From Sphyrna mokarran (Eukaryota), in NCBI GenBank assembly GCA_024679065.1, contig JAGIQG010000040.1, forward strand, positions 12,090,001 to 12,154,000: a stretch of DNA of 64,000 nt. Reading direction: 5' to 3'. Below are positions 13,319 through 24,698 of this stretch, in pieces. The notes below the pieces were generated by a model that worked only from the letters and a program-made list of their open reading frames with translations, was not told the origin of the DNA and searched no databases. Both the position numbers and the translations under genes were made by a program. Every line of letters starts with the position of its first letter. The first letter of the stretch is position 1.

Positions 13319-13390
13319 TTCCTGGTGGTCTAGTGGTTAGGATTTGGCGCTTTCACCGCCGCGGCCCGGGTTCGATTCCTGGTCAGGGAA
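13319..13390 (+). tRNA. tRNA-Glu(TTC)
   Basis: TTCCTGGTGGTCTAGTGGTTAGGATTTGGCGCTTTCACCGCCGCGGCCCGGGTTCGATTCCTGGTCAGGGAA. Confidence 0.88.
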
Positions 13391-13694
13391 TGTAGACTTA
13401 TTGCTGGACAACAATCCTGTGTTACTTCCCGGTCTGCACCAGTTCTGTCAGAATCAGTGTCAGTGAAAATGATGCATTAATGAATAGATGGAAATCATTG
13501 CTCCCTTAGATATTTGCGAGACGAACGCGTTTCAATTTTGATGTTCGGGATAAGTCGTACAATCAGATTAAAAATAAAAGTTTTCTTCCTGAATTCAGTG
13601 ATATGAGCCCTTAGTCTAACCATCAGAACCTACAGCAACACAGCGGAGTTGGACATGCATTGCGGCGGATTTGCTCGCACTATTTTTTAGGTTG

Positions 13695-13766
13695 GTTTCG
13701 AGTGTAGCGGTTATCTACAGTCACTCAAACGCAAAAGAATCCCCTGGTTCGAAACCACGCAGAACC
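13695..13766 (+). pseudogene. Decayed tRNA-Val-like pseudogene
   Basis: GTTTCG AGTGTAGCGGTTATC ... CCCCTGGTTCGAAACC resembles the tRNA-Val A and B boxes; anticodon arm disrupted. Confidence 0.55.
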
Positions 13767-14899
13767 TCGTTTATCTTTCCATATCTCGGGTAATGAGCCG
13801 GATATAATCTATCTGCGTTTTGGCTGAGCTTGTGTTGGGTGTAGGGGAGGTTTTAACGGGGTTGGACCTTGTGTCCCAGGGATGGGCAGTAAGCAAAACG
13901 AGACATGTTTGAAAATGTTGGTGGCAGTGTTTGTTTGTACAAGAAACGCAGGGATTTAGTTTGTTCAAAGGGGAAATGGCACTTTGACCTTTCTTGTCAA
14001 AGGATTGGAGGACAACAATAAATAGGTTTTAGTACAGTTAATAGAGTTTATTAAGATCCCATGTGGAAAATTCTGCGCAATGCTGGTCTCCATATTTAAG
14101 AACAGATATTCTTGCATTGCAGACCGTGCGGCGAAGGGTCACTAGTTTCCCGCGAGAGCTCGGGTTTAAACTGCGATGAAGGTTTGAGTAAATTCGGCTG
14201 AAATTCTCTTGCGTTTTGAGGAATGAGAAGTGATCTCATAAAAACCTGTTCCATTCTGAATGGGATCGAGAGGGTGGACGATGAGAATTGTTTCCATTGA
14301 GCGGGAATCGAAAACAGTATCAGCAAAAGGAGCGTTTAGGGCAGCGTGGAGTTTGCACATTCTCCCCGTGTATTTGTAGTTTTCTCCGGGCACTTCGGTT
14401 TCCTCCCACAGATCAGAGATGTGCAGGTTCGGTCGGTTGGTCTTGGCAAATTGCTTCTTAGTGTCCAAAGATGTGTAGGTTAGGGGGATTAGCAGGATGG
14501 ATGCCTGGAGCTTCGGGAATGGGACCTTGATGTGGTCTCAGTCGGATAGTCGTTGCGGAGTCAATCGGGCCGTATGGCCTGTTCCAGTAGTGCAGCGGTT
14601 CTTTGAGATCAGGGGAATTTACTTCACGCAAACTGCTGTGAAAAGCATTGTGGATGTTCCATCATTGAACACATTTCAGACTGTGATGGAAAAAATTATA
14701 GTCCGTAGTGGAATTAAGGGATATAGAGAGCTAGCGGGAAAATGGAGTTGAAGCCCAAGATCGGCTATGATGGCATTGAATGGCGGAGCAGACTCGATAG
14801 GCCGAGTGATCTATTCCTGCTCCTATTTATTGTTTATACGAATATGAAAAAAACAGTAATTCATGTTTTAATACAAACTGAAAGCTCCAGAAGTTCTCA

Positions 14900-15465
14900 G
14901 CAGGTTGGGAAGTCTTGTTGAAATTGTACAAGACATTTTAAGGGCACATTCGGAAAACTGTGTGCGATATCCTATTATAGAAAGGATGTTATTAAACTGG
15001 AAAAAGTACAGAAAAGATTTATTAGGGTGTTACTGGGATTTGGCGGATTGAGTTATAAGGACAGGCTGAAAAGACTGGGATTTTTTTTTCTCTGGAGCGT
15101 AGGAGGCTAGGGGTGACCTTATAGAGTTTTATAAAATAAGAAGGGGAATAGACAAGATAGTTAGTCAATATCTTTTCCCAAGATAGGGGAGTCTAAAGTT
15201 GGAGGGCTTAAGGTAAGAGGAGAAAGACACAAAACTGTACAGAGGAGCATTTGTTTTCATACAGAAGATTCCAGAGGTAGTAATAGATACGGGTACAATT
15301 TTATGATTAAACAAAAAATAGATAGTTATATGAGTACAATGGGAATAGAAGAATATGGGCCAAATGCGGACAATTGGGATTAGTTTAGGGGTTTAAAAAA
15401 GGGCGTCATGGATAATTTGGGCTGAAGGGCCTGTTTCCATGCTGTTAACTTCGCTGTCTCTATGA
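14900..15465 (+). mobile_element. Degenerate CR1 LINE 3' fragment
   Basis: AGAAAGGATGTTATTAAACTGGAAAAAGTACAGAAAAGATTTA...GAAGGGCCTGTTTCCATGCTG. Confidence 0.7.
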
Positions 15466-15564
15466 GCAGATCTGGCAACAAATATTAAGAAAAAAACAGA
15501 GTTAAGATTCAGAATCCAATACAATGCTATTCAAATCAACATTCGAGTTATAATAATTTGCACA

Positions 15565-15635
15565 ACATCGAGACAGGGAATTGAATTCAATCCAGGCAAT
15601 GAAAGCCCTGAATTTAAACTGCTACTGTATTGCTG
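15565..15635 (-). pseudogene. Highly decayed tRNA-Glu-like relic
   Basis: GACAGGGAATTGAA...TGAAAGCCCTGAAT aligns loosely to the reverse complement of tRNA-Glu(TTC). Confidence 0.35.
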
Positions 15636-18600
15636 TAGTAAAATTACTCAAGGAAGTTAGCTGCTAACTGAAAGTCTGGAGGCTCAATCGCACCGTGAGT
15701 TGCGAACAGTTTTCCTCTGTTCCTGCTTTTACTTATAATCCCAACATAGACATACTGTGTTTCCTTCTGCAATGAATAAATGTTATTCAAGCTTTGCCAG
15801 TCTCGCTGTTATTCAGTAAGTTGACATACAAATATATCTATGAATATTCATTTCAAATAATACAAGAGTTATTAGATGATGTTTCAGTATATTTCCAAAC
15901 TATTAGAAACATTGTGTTCACAATAAGTGGTAGAAATTGATGCTGTGATTGCAGAGATAGATCTGGAACCCAACATCACACCGAGTGAATCCACTGTCTG
16001 TTTAAATGTTGATCAGTGAAAATGCCAAATCATCCTCTGTGACATACGGATACTGAGTCAATAAGCAATATCCAATCAAAAAAGAAGCCAAAATCAGTCA
16101 ATCTTCCTCGCTACTTTCAAACATGTTGTTATTTTTCTCTGCCTTTTGCCAGTGAGGTGTATAAAAAAGGAAACGCAGTTTGTGATGGAAAAAATGTGTT
16201 CACTCCTTCAGGGAACAGAATGACATTGATGCACAGAGCGACCCACACAGACACAAAGACGGACAGAGGCTTGAGGAAATGCAAACATCCAGAAATCAAA
16301 GATGTCCCCAACTGATGAACATAAATGAAGGAATCTGGAAGTGAAGCCGGAAAAAAAACAATCTGGGATATTTGGAAGGATTTGATTACATTGAGCGAAG
16401 AATTAATCCTGCAGTCACCCAAAGGAATGAAAGCTGAGCAGCTCAGTGGGTGGAATTCAAANNNNNNNNNNNNNNNNNNNNNNNNNNNNNNNNNNNNNNN
16501 NNNNNNNNNNNNNNNNNNNNNNNNNNNNNNNNNNNNNNNNNNNNNNNNNNNNNNNNNNNNNCTCAGATAATGGAGCTTCTTTGTCCGCTTATTTGAAATA
16601 AGAAAGCTTATGGTATCAAATCCTAATGGTTAACATTTGGGTTCAGTATCTCAAATGTCTATTTGATGTGTAGAAACCTTGGGAGTTCTCACTGGGGCTG
16701 GTGACTATCAGTATATTTTGGTTAAAGAAAGTGTTTGTTGGTTTTTGTAGTGGTTGCCAGAGCTTGGAACACAGTGAATTAAAAGGACACATAGTGACAC
16801 ACAATCTTAAACTAATACAGAAATTATGAAGTTATTTCAGATCTGAAATCCAAAGAAGGTGGACATTAAATCAGTGTAAAAAAGCTGAAACAGCAGGAAA
16901 CACATATAAATACAATAGAATACCTTCAATTAATAAAAGTTCAAAACTAATGAATCAGAATAACTTCTGAACTATAAAAATTAAACTGAAACCTTTAGTT
17001 TTTCAAACTAAATATAATTATAGAGTGTGAAGGAAAGTGAGTGCTTCTTTTAAGATATTACAAGATAAAAGTTTAAACTAATTTACGACACAGTGCTGAA
17101 GTTTGAACCTTCACAGCTGATTTCTTCACACAATATGGCCTGAAACTCAAATATAACTGTTATTGTCAATGGATGATGAGTTCACAGTTCCAGATCTTAG
17201 CTCATCCAGAGTTGATGGGATCCACAGGACTCTGTAATTAAAGTATAAAAGTGTAAATTTACATTGGTCCACAGTCACGTGATATATTACACTTGTCAAA
17301 TGAAAATGCAATTACAGACAAAACCAGTGACATGATACTAATATATTATAATGAAGCACAATTTGACATCAGGTTAATTGATTAATAAGCTTCAATTATG
17401 AGATCATTACACATGACTAAGCTACAAACGACTAAACATGAGCATTCCTGCAGTCGAACAACAGGCTAAGACAGTCACACATCTCAGTGCTAATGTTTTC
17501 ACAGGAACAAGGAGTAGGATTCGACTATTTGACCCCTTGAGTCTGCTCCATCATTTAATCAGATCACGGCTGATCTGATTATAACTTTAAATCTACATCC
17601 TGCCTACCCCCAATCATCTATTGCCAAGAACCTATCCTATAACAGCATTAAAAATATTCAAAGATTCTGCTCCCACCGCTTTTTCTGAAGAGCATTCCAG
17701 ATGACTGTCTGAAAGAAGATATTTCACCTCCTCTGTTTTAAATGTGTGAACTTTTTTTTTAAACAGGAACCTCTATCTCTGGATTCTCACACAAGAAGAA
17801 ACATCCTCTCCACACCAATCTGTCAAGACCCTTCAGAATCTTCAATGTTTTGATCAAATTTCTCTCACTCTTCTAAACACCAGCAGACACAAGTCGAGCC
17901 TATTCAAGTTTTACCCATAGTCCAATATTTCTGGCATTAGTCTGGTCAATTGACTGCTTCCAATGCATTTACATCCTTGCTTAAACAAGATGACCAATAC
18001 TGTACACAATACTTCAGATCTGGTCTCACTGGTGCTCTGGGTAACTGAAGCATAACCTCCATATTTATGTAACCAATTCCCCTCAAATGATAGCTTTCCT
18101 AATTACTTGCTTTAGCTGCTTATTAGCTTTTTGTGATTCATGCAAAGAACAGCAAGGAAGCCAGGTTCGATTCCCGGTTTGGGTCACTAGCTATATAGAA
18201 TTTGTGCATTCTCCCTGTGTCTGCGTGGGTTTGCTCCGGGAGCTCTGGTTTCCTTCCACAGTTTGAAAGACGTGCTGGTTAGGATGCATTGGTCATGCTA
18301 AATTCTTGAATGGACCTGAACAGGCACGGAATGTGGCAACTGGGGGATTTTCACTGTGATTTCATTGCAGTGTTAATGTAAGCCGACATATTAGTGACAC
18401 TAATAAATAAACTTAAACTGCAGGTCTAGGTGCCACTGTGACAATGCACCCTTTTGTTTAAACACTCTGCAATGCTGAGACTGGGGAGAGGAGTGAACAA
18501 CAGGGAGCAGCATTGCAGCTTCTCTCCCCACATTGAAACTGGGATTGTTGCTCCATCTGCTGCACCATCCCCACCACATCCACTGGGGGCTAATCTGGAC

Positions 18601-19697
18601 AATAGGCTGCAGGCAGGACTTCACTGCGCCTGCGCTGCAATCAAGCCCGCCGCCGCGGCCATCTTGCATTGCCAGGGGATACGGTCAGCGGCCATTTTGC
18701 GTTGCCAGGGAGACGGCGTCCCACGCGCTGCACTCTGGGGGAATTCCACTGCCGCACATGCGCCCAGGCAGTTACATTTTAATCTTTTAATATTTTGAAT
18801 CTTGATGATTATTTTTCACATCCTCACCCGACAGACTTTCGGTTCCTTCTCCATTCGGGAATATCGTTTCTTTTTTTTAATTACGTCTCTTTTTAAAACA
18901 ATCACAAAGCGCGGTGTACGCTGGGAAAATACTACAGCACATGCGCAGTTCCACTACTTGCCTCTTTATAAAAATATGTATTTTGTTTAATTTTAATTCC
19001 GCTCCCGGTGGGATTTCCGGGTGGGAATTTCTCTCACTTTCTACATTTCTGAACCGTCCTTTTTTCCTCGACCGGGGGGGGGAGGGGTTGATGGTGACGT
19101 CACGACAATATGGCTACTGTTCCCTCCTCTCTATAGGCCCCGTATGTTCCGCCAACGAGCAGCAATTCGGCCGAAGCGGGCAAGAGTTGACACTGGGCGG
19201 AGCAGTGCCCGGGCGTGTCACAACGACGACTGATGGTCAGGAAGGGAAATAGCAGCAGCACCGTGTCTGCCCAAAGGCTTCCCCAGTTCAGCTGCTCAGA
19301 GACACTGGGAACCTCTTCAACTGGAAACTTCAGCTTCTTACATTCACCTCGATCCACTTGTCTACCCCTCCATCCATCTCACCCTCCCTCCTTCTTTCCA
19401 TCCATCTCTCTCTCTCCCATCCACACATCCTTCTCTGCAATAAAACCATTCATTCGGAACAGCTGCTTCAATCTCATTACCTCAGTCTGTCTTCCAGTCT
19501 GTGTCAAATCGCTCTGTTCCCAGATACTTTATACATTAGATATTACTATTCAAATATTATAATCTTTCTAATTCTGTATTTGTTCAAAGATCACAGACAA
19601 CAGAGAAATCATCAATTGTACCCCCATTCTGAGCTATGAAAATTTATACATTTTCTCATTTCACAAACTTTTGATTTACTTCTGTTATGATTTTAGT

Positions 19698-20590
19698 GAT
19701 GACGTGGCGATGCCGGCATTGTACTGGGCTAAACATAGTCAGAAGTCTCACAACACCGGGTTAAAGTCCAACAGGTATATTTGGTAGCAAAAGCTTTTGG
19801 AGTACTGCCTTCGTCAGATAAGTGAGAGTTCCATTCATAAACAGGGCATATAAAATACAAGCTCAATTTGCAAAATAATGGTTGGAATGCGAGTCTTTAC
19901 GGGTAATCAAGTGTTAAAGGTACAGTCTCACATAGAGCACCATCCACCCAGTACACGGTGCATATCCTTGCAACTTGGCCAACGTTGTCTACCTGAAATG
20001 CTGCAGGAAAGGATGTCCAGAGCATGGTACATTGGAGAGACCATGCAGATACTACCACAACGGTTGAATGAAAACCAGTCGACAATCATGAGGCAAGAGT
20101 ATTCTCTTCCTGTTGGGGAACACTTCAGCGGTCACGGGCAATCGGCCTCTGATCTTCAGTACACTTTGTCCAAGGCAGCCTTCACCACACACGACAGTAC
20201 AGAATCACTGAGCACAGACTGATAGCCAAATTCTAAACACATGAGAACGCCTGAACCGGGATCTTGGGTTCACGTCACGCTAACTGAAACCCCCATGACT
20301 TTCCTTGTTCTTGCCAAATCTCACTTACTGTCTCGGCTAGAGACAACGCACATCTCTTTAAACTTGCTGAACCCTCTCCGAACTCACATTATCTGTATGT
20401 TTAAGACCTGATAACCTACAAAAATTTGCATTCCAGCCATTATTTTGTAAATTGAGTTTCTGTCATTATATGCCCTGCTTGTGAACAGAACTCCCACTCA
20501 CCCGAGGAAGGAGAACCTCTCTTAAAACTTGTGGCTTTTGCTACCAAATAAACCTGTTGGAATTTAGCCTGGTGTTGTGAGAGTTCTTAT
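19698..20590 (+). mobile_element. Penelope-like element remnant with inverted termini and GIY-YIG endonuclease fragment; paralog at about 46066-46951
   Basis: WYIGETMQILPQRLNE...PVGEHFSGHG. Ends TCTCACAACACC...AACAGGT and its reverse complement ACCTGTTGG...GGTGTTGTGAGA. Confidence 0.75.
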
Positions 20591-21099
20591 ATTATTTTAG
20601 TTTGCAGCAGGTGGATTAGAGAATAACATCAACTGGTCATTGTCTCAGTTTATCTCTTTGTTTGTGAGAGTGTGTGTGATAGTTGTATGTCTGCGTGTGT
20701 CACTGCTTGTGTTTGTGTAAGTCTATGTTTTTGTGTGCATGTCTGTGTGTGTTCGTGAATGTGATTGTGTGTGCCAGTTTGTCTACAGCTATTTGTTTGA
20801 GATTGTGTATATCTGTATATGTTTGTGTGTGTGTGCCTGTGAGTTTTCCTGTGTCGGTTTGAGAGTGCATATCTGTGAATGTGTTCGTGTGTGTATGTCT
20901 TCGAGTTCACTGTCACTGTTCCTGAGATTGGTATAGATTATGTGAATAGGTTCATCTGCATTAAATTATATTAAAATAAATACAATAGGAATAAGAAAAA
21001 AAAACACAATCCTCCAATACAATCCTTCATTTGTCTGAAGATATCCCCGTGATTCATATATCTAAAGCCCTTCCTCAAACACCCGGTCTTTAGCCACAG

Positions 21100-22990
21100 A
21101 TTCAATTATACTATCTCCCTTTTGCAAGCCTTACTAGCAAGTAGCATGGAGAATAATCCTGAGATTACTATCCCAGAGGTCCTGCTCTGTCTAACTCCCT
21201 GAGTTGTCTTCACAGGCCCTCTTCCCCTTTCATTCTTTCCCCTTTCCCCTCTGTCATTAATGCCAATGTGGACAATGACATCTATCTGTTCACATTCCCG
21301 TTTCAGGATGCCCTGTACCTGCTCAGAGACACCCAGGATTCTGAAACCATTGAGACCACACAACATCCTAGAATGTCGTTCGCTGCCATGAAAACGCATG
21401 TCTATGCTCCTGACTATCGAGTTCTTCTACGACTTTCATTCACTTGGACCTAGCTCGATCCTTCTCTACAGTAGAACTAGTCATGGTGCCAGAAGTCTGG
21501 CTGCTGCTGGTATTTTCCCCTGAGAGGCTATTTCCCCTCCCCCAACATTATCCAAAACAGTATATCTGCATGAGAGGGAATTGTCACAAAACTGCTGCAA
21601 TACATGCCTGTCTATCCTGGCAGTCACTCTTCTATCTATCTGGATGTGGACTTGTGGTGTGACACCTTCTTGAAGCTAGTTCTATCACACTCACTTCTCC
21701 CTGTATGTTCGGCAGCCATAGAGTCATAGAGGTTTACAGCATAGAAACAGGCCCTTTGGCCCAATTTATCCATGTCACCCTTTTATTAAACACTAAGCTA
21801 GGCCCACTTGTCATGTTTGGTCCATATCCCTCCATACTCATTTTACCCATGTAACTGTCCAAAATATTTTTAAAAATACAAAGTTGTACCCGCCTCTACT
21901 ACTACCCTTGGTAGCTTGTTCCAGACACTCACCACCCTCTGTATGAATAAATTGTCCTTCTGGAACATCTTGTAACTCTCCCCTCTCAGCTCAAATTTAC
22001 ACACTTTAGTTTTAGACTCCCCTACGTTTTGGAAAAAATTTTGCCCATCAAACTGATCTATGCCCCTCATTATTGTATCGACCCCTTTAGGCGACATTCA
22101 CCCCTATAAGATCACCGCTCAATCTTATACAGTCCAGGGGAAAAAAAGCCAACCTTTCCTTATAACTCAAACCATTAAGTCCCGGTAGCATCCTAATAAA
22201 TCTTTTCTGCATTCTTTCTAGTTTAATAATATCCTTTCTATAATAGGATGATCAGAATTGCACATAGTACTCCAGGTGTGGCCTTACCAATGTCTTGTGC
22301 AACTTCAACACGAAGTCCCAACTCTTGTATTCAGGTTCTAATGATTAAACGAAACATACTGAATGCCTTCTTTACCACTCTGTCCACCTGTGACTCCACG
22401 TTCAATGAGCTACGAACCCGCTACCGCTAGATCTTTTTGTTCTATAACTCTGCACAACACCCTGCCATTAAATGAGTAAGTTCTGTCCTGGTTTGATTGA
22501 CCAAAATGGATCACCTCGCATTTATCTAAATAAAACTCCATCTTCCGTTCATCAGTCCACTAGCCCAATTGATAAAGATCCCGTTGCAATCCGTGATAAC
22601 CTTCTTCACTGTCCACTATGTCACCAATCTTGGTGTCATCTATAATCTTACTAACCATGCCTCTAAATTTCTCATCCAAATTATTAATAAAAATGACAAA
22701 TAACAGTGTACCCAGCACCGATCCATGAGGCACACTGCTCTTCACTGTCCTCCAGTTTGAAAAACAACTCTCTAGAACCACCCTCTGGCTTCTGTCATCA
22801 AGCCAATTTTGTATCCATTTGGCTCCCTCACCCTGGATCCAGTGAGATTGTTTCCAGCCGCTGCTCCAACAGGACCCTGCGGTCTGTGAAGAAGTGCAGA
22901 TGATCACACTTCCCACAAACAGTTACCAGGGATACTAGAAAGTTCCCTAATCTCCCACACCTAGCAGGAGGAGCATATCACAGCCCTGAC
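21100..22990 (-). mobile_element. Nested CR1 remnants (ORF1 esterase region interrupted by an RT/3' fragment); paralog at about 47440-49320
   Basis: VIVHIGINDR and IVISGL (esterase); SSVPHGSVLGTLLFVIFINNLD...DDTKIG (RT). Confidence 0.75.
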
Positions 22991-23336
22991 TGCCATCTCT
23001 ACACTTGGACACGGAAATAAAAGAAGTTTCCTTACTTTTGACAAAGAGGGACAATCACAAACCCTGAGAGACAACACCCAGAGGAGTGACGGGATCAGAT
23101 TTTGGGGTTGGGAGCTCCGAGTCAGTGATAACTGTGGAGCCTCGACTGAATCTTCCCAGCTTTCTGTCACCTTTCCATTCTCGAGTTTTATTTTAAACAA
23201 TGGGCGTGGCCTAAATTAACAATGTCCAGGCCTGAGGTATTTCAGTTCAGTTCTGAGATCCAGTGTCCCAGAGCAGCCAGACTCTGCAGTCTCCAGCTCC
23301 CCGTCACATAAACCATCAGCTCCGGGCAGCAGAGAG

Positions 23337-23379
23337 ATGGGAATCCTTCTTGTTTTCACTCTGTGTGCCTGTTTACCCC
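23337..23379 (+). CDS. Leader exon of NAR-TCR-type V, copy 1 (MGILLVFTLCACLP)
   Basis: ATG, hydrophobic signal peptide and phase-1 donor C|GTGAGT; splices in frame to the V exon at 23528. Confidence 0.88.
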
Positions 23380-23527
23380 GTGAGTATCGATCAAACTAAC
23401 CCACATTGTGTGGATTGGATATAAAGCTGTCCCAGCCCATCCCAATTACAGACACTGTTTGGGGTTTTAGCCCCGTTGTGTGGTTCGGATCTGATGGTCC
23501 ATTAAACTCTCTGTGTTTAATTTCCAG

Positions 23528-23817
23528 GATCTTTCAGCCAGTCGGTGGTACAGAGCCCAGAAGCGGTGACCAAGAAGGAGTGTCAGTCTCTCACCATCAA
23601 CTGTGTTTTCTATGGCGGATTCTTTGCTCGCCCTTTGGTTAACGGCGAGTTCTTCAAACAAACCCAGCCCGGGAAGGAGTGGGAGCCGATCCCCAGCGGA
23701 GGGAGATTTATTGTTTCTGTGAACGAAGCAGGAAAGACATTTTCGCTGGAAATTCGGGATGTGAGAGTTGAAGACGCCGCCACCTATTACTGTAAAGCTC
23801 ATTATAAATACAAGACA
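23528..23817 (+). CDS. NAR-type (NAR-TCR) V gene segment, copy 1, unrearranged
   Basis: Acceptor TTTCCAG. QSVVQSPEAVTKKECQSLTINC...GGRF.VSVNEAGKTFSLEIRDVRVEDAATYYCK has VNAR-like frameworks, a deleted CDR2 region and an extra FR1 Cys. Followed by an RSS. Confidence 0.9.
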
Positions 23818-23855
23818 CACAGTGATGGGCCTCGGCTTCCCGCGATACAAAAAAC
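23818..23855 (+). promoter_or_regulatory. V 3' RSS (22-bp spacer, 23-type)
   Basis: CACAGTG, 22 nt, ACAAAAAAC. Confidence 0.9.
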
Positions 23856-24217
23856 TCTCGCTGCAGATTCTCACAGAACCAAAGCAAAAACCGGAGTTTA
23901 TCTACCCTGAACAATCCCCCCACCCCCCACTACCCCTCCCACCTGCCAATTCCCACAATTGTACCTCACACTCTCGGTGCCACAGTTTATTTTTAATAAG
24001 ACCTGATTATCACCGTTGCTATGTTGAGTTTTATAAAGACGGAGTGTGAGTGGATGGGGCTGTCATTCCCGGGAGTGCTGTCGGTGAATTGAGAATGGAA
24101 ATGACTGATCCCAGTTACAAACCCTGACACCAGATGGGATCCTCGGCTCACAGCCGGAACTGGGAGCCACTTTCCGCGCTGTTTAATTCATGTTCCAACA
24201 TCCCACCCAGTCCCCGA

Positions 24218-24289
24218 GGTTTTGATGCTGAATTGTAACACTGTGTAATATATGGGGAGGTCACGGTGGAAAGAAGCTGAACAAATACC
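24218..24289 (+). other. D segment (24246-24261, TAATATATGGGGAGGT) with 12-RSS on both sides, copy 1
   Basis: GGTTTTGAT-12-CACTGTG [D] CACGGTG-12-ACAAATACC. Confidence 0.9.
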
Positions 24290-24640
24290 TGTGCACAATT
24301 ACACTATCAATACTCAGTACCCAGAGAGTTAATCATTGGTTTGATGATATTATCGCTGTGATCGGGATTATTTCTACTGTAATCTCCACCATTCACATCT
24401 TTCCTTGATTTTTTTTGCTATATATAAAGTGAATATTTCCTTCCTGCGGCCATTTACTGAGAGCTAAGGCCTCAGAAAATTACAATTTGAACCGACAGAG
24501 ACGTTAAAACCTTGAATATTATTTATTGATTTTAAATCCCCCGAATAATTGGACACTTCCGAATGACTGGTGATGGTTTTCCGGCAGATTGAGATATCGG
24601 TGATTTTTGTACCGGGGAGATTGAAGGCGGAGTCACTGTG

Positions 24641-24698
24641 TATGAATGGAAAAATGCTGATGCGGATGGACCCGGGACGGTGGTGACTGTCACAGCCG
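24641..24698 (+). CDS. NAR-type J segment, copy 1 (YEWKNADADGPGTVVTVTA), with 23-RSS at 24602-24640
   Basis: GATTTTTGT-23-CACTGTG; GTVVTV like IgNAR J; phase-1 donor G|GTAAGT. Confidence 0.9.

Noticed and set aside
16740-16800. GGTTTTTGT and CACAGTG words
   Set aside because: Spacing does not give a 12- or 23-RSS, there is no adjacent gene segment, and it is not conserved in copy 2.
24021-24070. Additional D segment near GAGTGTG (also CGCTGTG at 24354-24360)
   Set aside because: Poor nonamers and no 3' RSS.
23337-24698. IgNAR cluster
   Set aside because: Only one clear D, followed by a leaderless TCR V, TCR-type J and a TCR-like C rather than IgNAR C1-C5 exons.
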